From positions 29,078,001-29,142,000 of the forward strand of contig OZ024758.1 of NCBI GenBank assembly GCA_964016885.1: a DNA stretch of 64,000 bases, given 5' to 3'. This document shows positions 38,741 to 50,929 of this stretch, one piece after another. The position numbers and the translations under genes were made by a program. The notes beneath the pieces were generated by a model. It was not told the origin of the DNA and ran no database searches. It was given only the letters and a program-made list of their open reading frames with translations. Numbering within the stretch: position 1 is the first letter of the stretch; each line of letters begins with the position of its first letter. The stretch comes from Eledone cirrhosa (Eukaryota).

Positions 38741-39358
38741 TTTTTAGAGCATAAGTGTATGTTGATTAGAAATACCGAAATGTTTTAGATCAACCCTCTC
38801 ATGGATATCTGACCCCTTGTTGAACCCAGGCATCTACAAAAATAAATAAATAAATTGATCTACACCTGGGGATCCCTACAATAAATAATATTATAATAGA
38901 CATCTATAGAATGAATGAAATTATAGCATCATTGTGCAGAAGGGCAGTGGATTGGCAGTATTGGTAGAGCGTCATACACCATGCTTCGTGGCTTAGTTAC
39001 AGCCTTTTATGTTCTGCATTCAAATCCCACCAAGGTTAGCATTGTCTTTCATCCTTACGAGTTTGATGAATAAAGCACCAGTATCCAGCTGTAAAATACC
39101 TGGCCAAATTTACAGTCCTCACTGGAGCAAGGTGTGACATGGCCAACCATGGCCAGACTTGCTTCCCGGACGACCCATCTAAACCATGGAAGAATTGACA
39201 CTAAACTGGGGTCGATTTAATTGACTCTCCTCTCCCCTTCAAATTGCTGGCCTTGTTCCTAAAGTAGATACAGTTATTATGCAGAATAATTTATCATATC
39301 GTCACTAAATCAACATAGTTTTCAATGTTTAACAATCTTCTGTAACTATTTTATTCAG

Positions 39359-39454
39359 ATCTTAAATGAAATAGCACAACATAAAATCAAAATCTATGAG
39401 TTTCCTGAATGTGATGATGAAGAGGAAAATAAGCTGCAAAAAAAATTATTGAAG
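39359..39454 (+). CDS. SEPT7: Septin-7 coding exon E
   Basis: ttcAG|ATC TTA...TTG AAG|GTttgt; [32 protein letters not shown]; 96 nt, phase 0-0. Confidence 0.95.
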
Positions 39455-40514
39455 GTTTGTTACTTCCTCTCAATGTTTACTTAAATGTTTGTTTTCATTT
39501 TATTTTTTTATTTTTCTATTTTATGGTTTGTTTAATTTTAATTTTTATTTTTTTGTCCCCCCATTTCATAAAACTATTTGAATTTGAGAGCATCTTTTAT
39601 CAATAGTTTATAAAGTTGTCATATTTTATTGAAAAATCTGCTGAAGTTATGTTTTGTGTTCTAATTAATGTAGGTAGAATTTTTAAGACTATTTTAAAAT
39701 GTTGCCACTCAACACATTTCAATACATTTATATTTAGCTTTATTTGCCTGTTTATTCTTTTCAATTACTTTAACTAATTGCATTTCAAATTACTTAACAT
39801 TGCTTAGTGCAGTCGTACTTTTATCCACAAAGAATATAAGGTTATTTAAATTTATATCAATGAATTGTAAAGTATATAAATTGTTGGAGTTGTACTTGTT
39901 TAGTCCCGGAGATGGGCTCCACCAGTTTGTATTTGCTCAAGATTTACTTCATGATGCAGTTCTCCCATGACCCTAGAAAATCAAGGGAAAAGTGAAGTGA
40001 TTTGTTTAGTGGGCGGCCTCAACTTGGACTGTCTTCAAACTGAAACAGTTAAATCATAGCGTTTCCGTTTTTCTTTTAATACTACTACAATGTATTATGA
40101 AGTGTCAAAAAGTTCCATCGCACCTCTGCAACAGTTGCAACAAAACATTTTGATTTATTCTAATACACTGAAGAGTGATGGGCTCCACCAGGCTTAAAAT
40201 AGCCAAGAAACACTGTATGGCACTACAGTGCCCCTACAATTCTATCATGAGTTGAGGGACTATCACATCACATCAATAGCCTGTACTCTTAAGTCAAGTT
40301 TAAGATATTTCAAAATATTAAGTATTAATAAGAAATTCGTTAAAATCATAAATTTCAAATGAAAAATAAATTTAGATTGAGAAGAAAGGAATGTAAAATA
40401 AAATATTAAACAATGGAAAAGGAAGGGAATGGCAAGGACTCTAGTGTCACAGAAGAATAGGGGGAAGGTGATTGGGCTCTGGACCTAGGACGCAGCGGTT
40501 GTGGGCCTGCACCC

Positions 40515-40717
40515 GGAGACAAGTCTGCAATAGCATTCCTGTGGACAATGGCCAGCGACACCCACTGCAACAGCCACCTCACCTCACGGGACTCCTTCTT
40601 TAGACAGGCTGCCAACATTCCAATCTTGCAGAAGAGCTTGGCAGTACGGTGTGCACGTATGCCTGAGGTCTCGACAGTGACCAGTGTGAAGAGGAATCAG
40701 CTGGACAGTCCTCTGTA
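40515..40717 (-). mobile_element. C-terminal relic of a CRE-like (restriction-like endonuclease) non-LTR retrotransposon
   Basis: YRGLSS*FLFTLVTVETSG...KIGMLAA..KKESREVRWLLQWVSLAIVHRNAIADL resembles the CRE-type F.P.A.ET.G...QR.S.A..RGNA terminus. Confidence 0.65.
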
Positions 40718-40852
40718 TAATATATTTAGATATATAACTTTTATAGCACTTATTTCTATTACATCAGTTTAGAATGTTGATCAAAATTTAGCAACCAAGA
40801 ATTGCTTTTCCTTTGTTAGTTTCCAAATTTCCGAATAATACACTAAAATAGT

Positions 40853-41102
40853 ATCATCATTCATCATACGTCCATCCTCCACGCTAGCATGGATTAGAAT
40901 GGAGTTGTCCCACTTGAGGCAAGATTAGTCGGGTGACCGTGTCTTGCTCATATAGGACTATCTGGCAGGTTTTCTACGGTTGGATGCCCTTCCTAACACC
41001 AACCTCATTTACAGTATGGAACTGGGAACTTTTCACCGTTTTACCTACACGGCCACATTACAGTATGGACTGTGTGTTTTATTTGTCGTGACACCTACAC
41101 GA
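40853..41102 (-). mobile_element. RTE family A 3' UTR fragment
   Basis: (cat)n then reverse complement of ~8210-8440. Confidence 0.82.
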
Positions 41103-42323
41103 TCTCGATATCTCATTTATTTGGAATATAAAAATCATTATATCAATTATGATATAATGATTTTTATATATATACCATTTTAGTGTATTATTTGGAAATT
41201 TGCCAACTATTAAACCATCATCTTGCTTTGCTATTAATACTAATAACCACATTAATATCATAACTTTCTGCCTTATTACATCTTGTTTGCTTTTATTGAA
41301 GTGGTTTTGGTGTAATATTAAGCATTTTTCCACTAACATTCATATGGGTGCCTTTAATGTTGACGTTTTTTGTTTTTTTTTTCAATTATAATAGATTTAT
41401 TGAAATTTAGAAATTTAGCCTTGTTTTTGTTTTTAATTTACAATGGTCAAACTTTCTTTACAGGCCATATTTCTGAGTAGAGCTATCATCTTTTTCATGG
41501 TTTTTTTAACTACTCTAAAATTTCCTTAAATTTAAAGTTATGTAGTTGCAAGACTGGGTTATTGAAAAGTTCTTTATTTCAACATCTTGTAATGATTTAG
41601 CAGAAAATATCTAAAAACAAGTTTGCTAATTAAAACGTTTATAGTATCCTAGTGGACAGACCATTGTAAAAATTTACAGTATTAAAGTAAAGGCTTTTAA
41701 AAAAAATGATGGCACAGTCATAGTGTGGTTTTGTGCTTTTCAAGAAGGTCTTGCTAATGGGGTTTCATGTGGTATAGGACATTGAGAGTTATATTTGATT
41801 AATACAGTCATCCATTTACCTATAAAAATTGAAATGGGGTGAAGAAATGTGTGGAAAACTAGATGTTCAATTTAATATCTCTATATAATAGTTGTCATTC
41901 TTTTCTCTGTCATTTTTTTAGGAAAATTCTTAACTACTTTTATTTATGTACTGTGCTTGTAGCTGCAATAATTAAAGAAATCTATTTATTTAATTGAGGT
42001 TCTTATAGTGGTAGTATTGGTTAACGTTGGCTTATATGTGATATTTTAGTTTCATCTTTAATAGAATTATGAATATATCATTTTAGATACAGTCCAAATT
42101 TTATTTTACAAATAATTATTTTGATTTGATTTCCTTTATTTTTCTTTTTGAAAATTTGTTTCAAATGATTTATATAAAGGTATGGAACTTTCTTTTCTGT
42201 TTGGTGTAGCTGTATCAAAAATAAGTAACCAGGTGTTAGCTTGTATAAATATACATTTTGTCTTTATTATATTATTCCTCTTGAAGTACTGAGATTGTTT
42301 TGTCAATTTCAGAACAATCTTCT

Positions 42324-43208
42324 TTAACCTCTTCAGTGCCGTAGATGAGATAACTCATCCTAACATGTTTTGAACTCATTTACAACATTTCATAACTTCA
42401 AAGTTATGAACTCATTTCCAACAGTTCATAACTTCAAAGTTATGAACTCATTTCCAACAGTTCATAACTTCAAAGTTATGAACTCATTTCCAACAGTTCA
42501 TAACTGCAAAGTTATGAACTCATTTCCAACAGTTCATAACTTCAAAGTTATGAACTCATTTCCAACAGTTCATAACTTCAAAGTTATGAACTCATTTCCA
42601 ACAGTTCATAACTTCAAAGTTATGAACTCATTTCCAACAGTTCATAACTTCAAAGTTATGAACTCATTTCCAACAGTTCATAACTGCAAAGTTATGAACT
42701 CATTTCCAACAGTTCATAACTTCAAAGTTATGAACTCATTTCCAACAGTTCATAACTTCAAAGTTATGAACTCATTTCCAACAGTTCATAACTGCAAAGT
42801 TATGAACTCATTTCCAACAGTTCATAACTGCAAAGTTATGAACTCATTTCCAACAGTTCATAACTTCAAAGTTATGAACTCATTTCCAACAGTTCATAAC
42901 TTCAAAGTTATGAACTCATTTCCAACAGTTCATAACTTCAAAGTTATGAACTCATTTCCAACAGTTCATAACTGCAAAGTTATGAACTCATTTCCAACAG
43001 TTCATAACTGCAAAGTTATGAACTCATTTCCAACAGTTCATAACTTCAAAGTTATGAACTCATTTCCAACAGTTCATAACTTCAAAGCTAGATGGGTTTA
43101 CATGTTTATTGACATGACGTCTGTCAATCAAAATAGTCATTTTACATGGAAAAAATCCTGGCACAGCAACTGTAGCTGTGTAAAATATACGTGGCAGTCA
43201 ACAGGTTA
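42324..43208. mobile_element. TTAA-flanked MITE containing a 36-bp palindromic tandem array (~20 copies, 42371-43086)
   Basis: TTAAcctcttcagtgcc ... ggcagtcaacaggTTAA imperfect TIRs; unit AGTTATGAACT-catttccaac-AGTTCATAACT-(t/g)caa. Confidence 0.78.
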
Positions 43209-43444
43209 ATGTAATATAAATTATTTAAATTGGTGGGTATTCCTATGTGTACATGTGTCCAGAGACATACACAGTCTATTCAACAGATTAATATCTGTAT
43301 GAAGGAAAACTTCTAGATGCTAAAACAATCCCCTAAAATATTAAGTTGGTTTTTCACATTTAATCATATCATCTATCTGGGAAGTGAAGAATTAGCTCTC
43401 TGCTAAGTCGGATCTTGCACACTATTTTATTTTCAACCTTTCAG

Positions 43445-43474
43445 AAAGACTTAAAAGGCGGTAAATTCTTCAAG
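43445..43474 (+). CDS. Candidate alternative 30-nt micro-exon of septin-7 (KDLKGGKFFK)
   Basis: ttttattttcaacctttcAG|AAA GAC TTA AAA GGC GGT AAA TTC TTC AAG|GTATGT; strong splice sites, no stop, phase 0-0 matching the intron between exons E and F; no homology support. Confidence 0.55.
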
Positions 43475-43961
43475 GTATGTAACTAAATTATTTTCTGCTT
43501 TCTGTTTTTTTTTTTGTTTTTTTTTTTGTGTCTTATAGTGACTCCATTGCCTGTTGTTCTTACCCGAACTCTTCATTTTCCCTTCATGTCTGTACCTAAT
43601 ATAGTATCGCAATGTATGTGTTTTAGTTATTGCAATAGCATTCATTAGGTGTGCTTTAGTTTCTAGATGCAATTTTATGTAACACTGGCACATTCTATCC
43701 CAGTCTTCATGATAACATAAATCTAATAATCAAATGTTGTGGTTTTATTTGTTAGTCACTTGTTATTTGTCTGTATAATATAGGATTGTAAGTAAAGTGG
43801 CTTGTGTTTAAATCCCTTTTCACTGCTCACTGGTTGAACACTTGGGGATCAAACTGAGAGTTACTTGACACTGAACAGAAAATAATTTTTGTTTTTTTTT
43901 CACATGAAAATTTTCAAGTTACAATTACCTATGAATCCCAATATGCAGATAGTTTTACACG

Positions 43962-44157
43962 TTTAAAACTATTCCTGCTGTATTCATTTACACATTTAAA
44001 ACTATTCCTGCTGTACTCATTTACACATTTAAAACTATTCCTGCTGTACTCATTTACACATTTAAAACTATTCCTGCTGTACTCATTTGCATAGTGAAAC
44101 TATTCCTGCTGTACTCATTTACACATTTAAAACTATTCCTGCTGTACTCATTTACAT
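43962..44157. repeat. 33-bp tandem repeat, ~6 copies
   Basis: catttaaaactattcctgctgtactcatttaca. Confidence 0.9.
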
Positions 44158-45744
44158 AGTGTAACTATGCACTTATTAATATAGTTGAATTGCTTAGTGA
44201 AACTATTATATATTTTTGGTTAGCCCCAGTTATATTAAATGTTGTATTTGTTTGTCATAATATTGCTTAGCTGATTAGTGTCCGATATTTCTGCTAGTTT
44301 TAAATAATCCAGATTATTCAGAATTCTAATTCAGAAGAAAGTTTTTTAAGTGATTTTTCTGAAACTAGTTGGTATAATTGATCAATATAAAATGTTTTTT
44401 CATAAAAGGAAAGATGGTTTTCCAGTATAAAACTGAAAATAAAATGCTGAGCAATTTTAATGGTCTTCAGTTTTAAACTACAATAGATTGCATTAAAATA
44501 TGTCTAAAAGTTTGTTGTAAAGAAATGAGTGAATCAATGGAAGTGTTCAATATCTGACTTCAAATTCGTTCTCTTGGAAGGATTGAAATAAAGTAGATTT
44601 GAAAAATACCATGGTTATTATTCCTCAAATAAAGTAGTGTTATAAATTTATTTTGAACACTATTGGTTAAGGAGATGAAATAGTTGTTACAGATGTTTAA
44701 TTAGAAAAATAAATGTATTTTGCTTTGTTCCACTTAAATATATCCTTTGATATCTATTACGATGTCTGTAATTATAATTAATCGTATTTATTAAAACCAG
44801 GTCAATGAAATAGTCACGTACTTAGGAAATGCACTGACCACAATTATTTTTCTCGGTTTTACAGTTTTAGATACTTAAAAAATAATTATAATTAAAAAGA
44901 AAAGTATTTTGGAAATTTATTCTGTGAGTGGAAAGTGATATACAAATTCACTTTTGTTTTTAAAACCATTTAACCCTTTTGCTACCATATTTCTAATGAA
45001 AGAGAGCCTATGATCTTCAAATATTTTTGAAGATGATAAAAAATTATAAGGGATTTAGTAATATAGCTTTCTCATTATTAAACTAGCTTTCTCATTATTA
45101 AACTCATTATAATTTAACAAAAATTCTTAAATAAAATTACAATAGAAGGTTTTTAAAACAGTTTTATGCCATTACTGATACTATCTTCCAGTTGGTCATG
45201 TCATTACTGGTACTATCTGCCAGTTGGTCATGTCATTACTGGTACTATCTGCCAGTTGATACTTCTGGCAGAAGAAGCAACATGGAATAAAGTTTCTCGA
45301 TCAAGAGCGCAACATGTTGCCCTGCCCTTATGATTGCGAGTCCAACACGCTAACCACAAAGTCACATACCTTCACATAACAGTACAATATGTTGATAAAT
45401 AATGCATAAAATACTCTTACTGGCATTGTTGCTATCATATCCTTAGTCAAATGTGTGAAAATTCTAATTGCTTTATGGTATTACATTTGGTGCCTAATTC
45501 TTCTAATTTGTATAGTCAAACTTTGCCCCATTTTTCCAGGTCAATGATATAAGGAAAATAAACTGATTCCTTCCTATCCCCTACATTACTGTGTAAATAT
45601 TGTAACTAAATCATTAAATTTATCATAAAATAAATGCTTTCAAATTCAAACTTAATAGAAATGCAACAGTTTTGTACAAGAGGTTAATATATATTTAAAT
45701 TTTCTTTTTGTTAGTATTATTAGTTATTTACTAATTTATGTATT

Positions 45745-45932
45745 GGTGGATTGGCAGTATCGGTAGAGCGTCAGACAACATGCTTTGTAGCATAGTTATG
45801 GCCCTTTGCATTCTGAGTTCCAATCCCACTGAGGTTAACTTTGTCTTTCATCCTTATGGGGTTGATAAAATAAAGTACCAGTAATACACTGGGGTAATTG
45901 TTGGCCTTGTGCCAAAAATAGAAACAATTATT
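45745..45932 (+). mobile_element. SINE family 1 (short form)
   Basis: ggtggattggcagtatcggtagagc...gaaacaattatt. Confidence 0.85.
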
Positions 45933-46650
45933 AGTTATTTAATTTTATTTTATTTATTTTTTATGTTATGCTGCAGGGAAAATTATTTTTTAACTGAATA
46001 TTATACTTAGATTTTATTACAATGTTAAACTTGTTTAATATTTGAATTAAAAAGTTGGGGTTTTTTTTACAGAAAATATTAGGGATAATTAGTTTTGTGG
46101 TGAAAATTGTCTTGTTTTCAAATCATTGTAATTAGCTACTTTATTCTTTGTCAATTGCTAGCTACCAGAATGTCTGATAAAATTATCAGACAAGTATGAA
46201 AAATGAAATAAAGTTTACATCTCACACCTATGTAACTTTAGCTAGGCTCATAAGAGGTTGTATATCATAGAAAGTTTCTTGGATGTTTTAATAATACGGA
46301 CCCAGTTGTTGTTGCTGATATTACAGCTCATACGTATGCAGACTTAGCTGGCCTCTTCTGGAATTGTAGCTCAAAGTTGCTTGAATGTTTTAATGATAGG
46401 CTCCCAGATGTTTTAGTTGCCATTCATGCTTATGCAGGTTTAGCTGGCCTCCTATAAAGTTGCATCTCAGACATTTTGCGGGTGTTTTAATGATAACACC
46501 CCTAGTTCTATCATGAAAAGCAATGTGAAATAAATCATTTTGCTCAAGAACACTATGCAGTGTCCAATCTAGGAATTGAGCCCACAACCTTATGGATCGT
46601 TGAAGTTCATGAAAAGATGTTTGTTTTTTTTTATTTGTTAAAGTAAGAAA

Positions 46651-47022
46651 TTAGCCCTTTAGCATTTTCTCTCACCTCTTTCTGTTCAAACCGGCTGTAA
46701 CTGACCACTCATACCAACGTTAACCCTTTAATATTCACATTACTCTATATATACTATTATATTTTCATGGTAAAGGCTTTATCTCACATAATATCGAATT
46801 TATGAGATTTTGAAAGTATTTATTTTGAGAACAATACCTTAACATCAGTTTGAGTGGCCAGTTTCAGCCAGTTTCAACAGAAAGAGGTAGAGAATTCTGG
46901 CCGGTTTGAACATTAAAGGGTTAAGGTATTGCTCTAAAAATAAATAATATCAAAATCTCATAGTCAATATTATGTGAGATAAAGTATTTACTATAAAAGT
47001 AGTAAATGGTTAGACTAATGTA
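46651..47022. mobile_element. Nested piggyBac-type MITEs (inner inverted copy 46724-46920)
   Basis: Inner copy bounded by TTAA at 46720-23 and 46921-24, inside the internal gTTAAggtatt site of the outer copy. Confidence 0.85.
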
Positions 47023-47637
47023 ATGAGTCAACTTGGTGGTACACTACTTGCTACTTCAGAAAACAGATGTATTTATGGTTGTAGTCTATTGGTGAACAGA
47101 AATTTTCTTTGCCAATCAACAGGATTGCATCTTTTGGGTGATACCATCTAAGATGTACCAGCATCCAGATCCTATGGTAGCATAGAAAAATTGGAAAGAA
47201 AGAATAATGAAAATTTATTTTGTAATGAATTATATATTTAAACTCTACTTACAAAGTGCTCAGTCAGTTAATATTTGAATGTTTTAAATACAATATTTTG
47301 AACACCCATTTTAGTATATACATATCATCATCATCGTTATATATATCAGATGTTCTCAGTTAAATAAAATATTAAAAAAAGACCAAGCTTAAAAGAGTCA
47401 TCAATGTATTACATAATAAACAACACAATATAATTATTTCATTACCGAAGGTTTCGAGAAACCAGATGATTCTTGCAAGAAACTTCCAGCTCGTTTGTCA
47501 GACAAAACAATTATCTGAAATAACTATATTGTGTTGTTTATTATGTAATTAAATAGCTCTGTACCATACATTGAGTATTCTTCTTTCCTTTACCCTTTCT
47601 ACAGAAATACTACACACACACACACACACACACACAT

Positions 47638-48084
47638 ACTAGACCTGAAAAATGCATAAGCTCAAAAGAGCCCCAGAATGTTATAATAAACCTTCAAAAG
47701 TGTGGGACTAGAGTTGTTGCTCAAAAATATTGTAATCATTATCTATCGTACACTCTGTGGCATCCTTTTTATAAAAAAGAGACTCATAACGAACTCAAGA
47801 CGACACGATAATTATTTAAGCTAATGTTCAATATCTCATATTAGATGTTTAGTAATGATTAATACGAAATGCACTTAAACCAAATTCTATATTATAAATT
47901 CACTTAAATAATTATCGTGTCGTCTTGAGTTCGTTATGAGTCTCTTTTTTATAAAAGGATACCACAGAGTGTACGATAGATAATGATTACAATATTTTTG
48001 AGCAACAACTCTAGTCCCACACTTTTGAAGGTTTATTATAACATTCTGTGGCTCTTTTGAGCTTGCGCATTTTTCAGGTCTAGT
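47638..48084. repeat. Inverted repeat, ~183-bp arms, 82-bp spacer
   Basis: actagacctgaaaaatgc...ttatttaag / cttaaataa...gcatttttcaggtctagt. Confidence 0.93.
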
Positions 48085-50929
48085 TTAATATTTTTTTAAG
48101 GCAACGCTTGTAATAACTCTATTTAAACATGATATATATATTAATAATAAATTATTGTTGTAATGTAATTAGATTATATAATTGTTATTTTATAAATGAT
48201 CTTATAGATATTATTGTAAGATGTATAAAAAATATTTTCAGACTTTTAATATAAACAACTACAAAAAACAATCAATATTAAATAAATATATTTTACATAA
48301 TTGTTATAGTTGAATTAATAAAAATTAAATATTACATACAAATAGTCTAACATAATAATAAAAAAAATAATCTAACAATAATAATAAAATAATCTAACAT
48401 AAAACGAACAATAATATGGACAAATATACAAGTAAATATGATACAACCAATATTATAAGCATGTTATAACGAACTGAAAAAAAAATAGTTAATATAAATT
48501 TAAAAAATCATATATAAATTAACAAAAAATCATATATAACTTACCAAAACGAGAAAAATATTTTGATGATAAACGACGAAATACAGGAGGAAGATTCGAA
48601 AGCGAAACGATAAATAAACATGCAAACAAAATCGCGGATGCTTTTGAGCAACAATTACTCTCGCTGGTTAATTAGCCAATAAGACGATGAAATTAGCCTA
48701 TAAGACGATACATTACAAAACATGTTTGGCAGTGATCATCACCACGGCCAGCGACACCCCTTGAATTTTTTATTCACAAGCTACGCATATATGTCAGACA
48801 CGCAGACTTAAAACATTCTGTTGTTAGTCACTGCGTGTCTCACAGATGACATGAAATGGTGGAGTTCACCATAGAGCCTAAGGATATATATATATATATC
48901 AAAAGTGATCAATATATGATTTATAACAATCATGTGGTTCTATGAGAGAATTAGGGCTAAAAATCCAAGACCTCAGAGCTTTGCACACTACCACAAAAAC
49001 TAATACTTTGCAGAGAATAATCTTTCATGTATATATATTGTAATAAACACTTTTTAATGCTATGAAATAGTTTGGGTTTAAAAGTTGATTTTATTGTACA
49101 ATAAACTAGTGTTTTATTACCATTTTCCCTGTTAAAGGCCTTGTGATTGACCTTAGTCTTTTTTTTTTTTTTTTTTTGAGGCTATGTTTTACAGCTAGAT
49201 GCCCTTTCTGGTACCAACCCTTTTAGTTACTTCATACAACACACACACAGATATGGTCTACCTATTCTAATTTTCGATGCCACTTAGCTTTTATTATATT
49301 CAGATTCGTTGTTTTGTTTAACCTTCAGTACGCTAGATAATGTAGTGTCAAGGGAAACAACTCATAAAAATTACTAGCATGTTAAAGGTTAAATACAAAG
49401 CTGTTTTAAATGTTAATAACTCGTTAATGTTCAATATAAGTTCAAAGTTTGCTTATGTTCTTGTTTTATTGCTGTTTGTCTTTTTATTTTTGTTAATATT
49501 TTTTCAGGATCATTTTAAACTATCATCATTCAAGTCTGCATGTTTTGCTTACTATGCTTATTCATTTTATTCCTTTATATCTTTACTATTTTTATAATTT
49601 GGCACCATCTGTGCTTTTAATTTTGTCCCTGCAAATTACCTCCCTATTATTTTATAATTGAGATTATATCAAATATATGCAAGCTGATTGTTTTAGCTAA
49701 ATTTGATCTTTATCTTTCTATATCATTTTATTTTTATTTCAATTCTGGATCTCTGAGAAAGAAATTGGTTTGTTGTTTCCTTATTTTATTTTTTTATTTT
49801 ATAGTTTCAAAATATTTTATTCATTTGTATTTGATATTTTTACTATGTTTGTGTTAATTGAAATTTCAGAAGCTTCTTTTGTTTCTACTGAAATATTGCT
49901 TCAGTTTTGTTTTTTTTTGTTTTTTTTTTTGTTTTTTGTTTTTATTATTATAGTTGATTAACTAATTATTTTGTATGTGTTATCCAAGCTGTTTTCAATC
50001 TTTATCATTTAACAGCAGTATAAAGTTATGTTTTCATGTTACATGAAATGTTTATTAGCATTAATATCATTAACAATTGTTACTTAACTCAGTGAATGGC
50101 TTTGACATTAAAAAACTATTAAGTTAGGTTTCTATTTATATACTCTATTCTATCTTTATTAATATTACTAATGGAAAGAATTATTAAATATGAATCTTTT
50201 ACTGTAACAAAGTCAAAATATATATCTGAAAAATACGAAGGGAATTTGTAGCATGTTAAAAGATAATTTATTGGCCTTCTCTTCTAGATCATTGAGTCCT
50301 TGATGCTGGTTAAACAATCTTTCTCTTCAGTGGCTTATTCTACATTCTTATTTGTAAACCATATTCTTCACACCTGTTGGCATTTATATATTTTTAATCA
50401 ATAGACATATGCTGCATATATCATGAAAAAAGTATTGAGTGAAGTGCTTAAAAATTGAGGGATTATATCGACTATTTCAGCTTTTGACAATAGTGAAGTT
50501 ATAAAGTGCCATGAAGTTATAAATCACCATATTTCTAATGAAATACACTGCCTGTTTCAATTGATTTTGAAATCAACAAAATATTTCAAGGAATTTAAGA
50601 AAATAACTGTTTTTCATTAGTAAACTGATATTTAGAACTTAATTTAAGAAAAATTTCTAAAATAAAATTATGATAAAAGGTTTTAATATAAGTATAAACA
50701 TTTTAAAGTTTTGTTTCATAAATCTAGAACAGTTTCAAGCAGTTTGGTATCAAAGGGGTTAATCAGTTTATCACTGTTCACTATCCTTATTAGTTGCAGT
50801 AGGTTTCTGAGACACGGTTCTGTGCAGTGTTGTGCTTTATATTTTCTATTGCTTTTTAAGCCCCTCTCTTCAACGGTTGCCTTAAACTGACCATTATAGT
50901 TTTGAAAACTAAAATTTTGGATAGAAAGT

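Noticed and set aside
42371-43086. 36-bp palindromic repeats resembling a CRISPR array, and a 279-aa ORF
   Set aside because: Units are directly adjacent with no unique spacers, no cas genes, eukaryotic intron context; ORF exists only because 36 is divisible by 3
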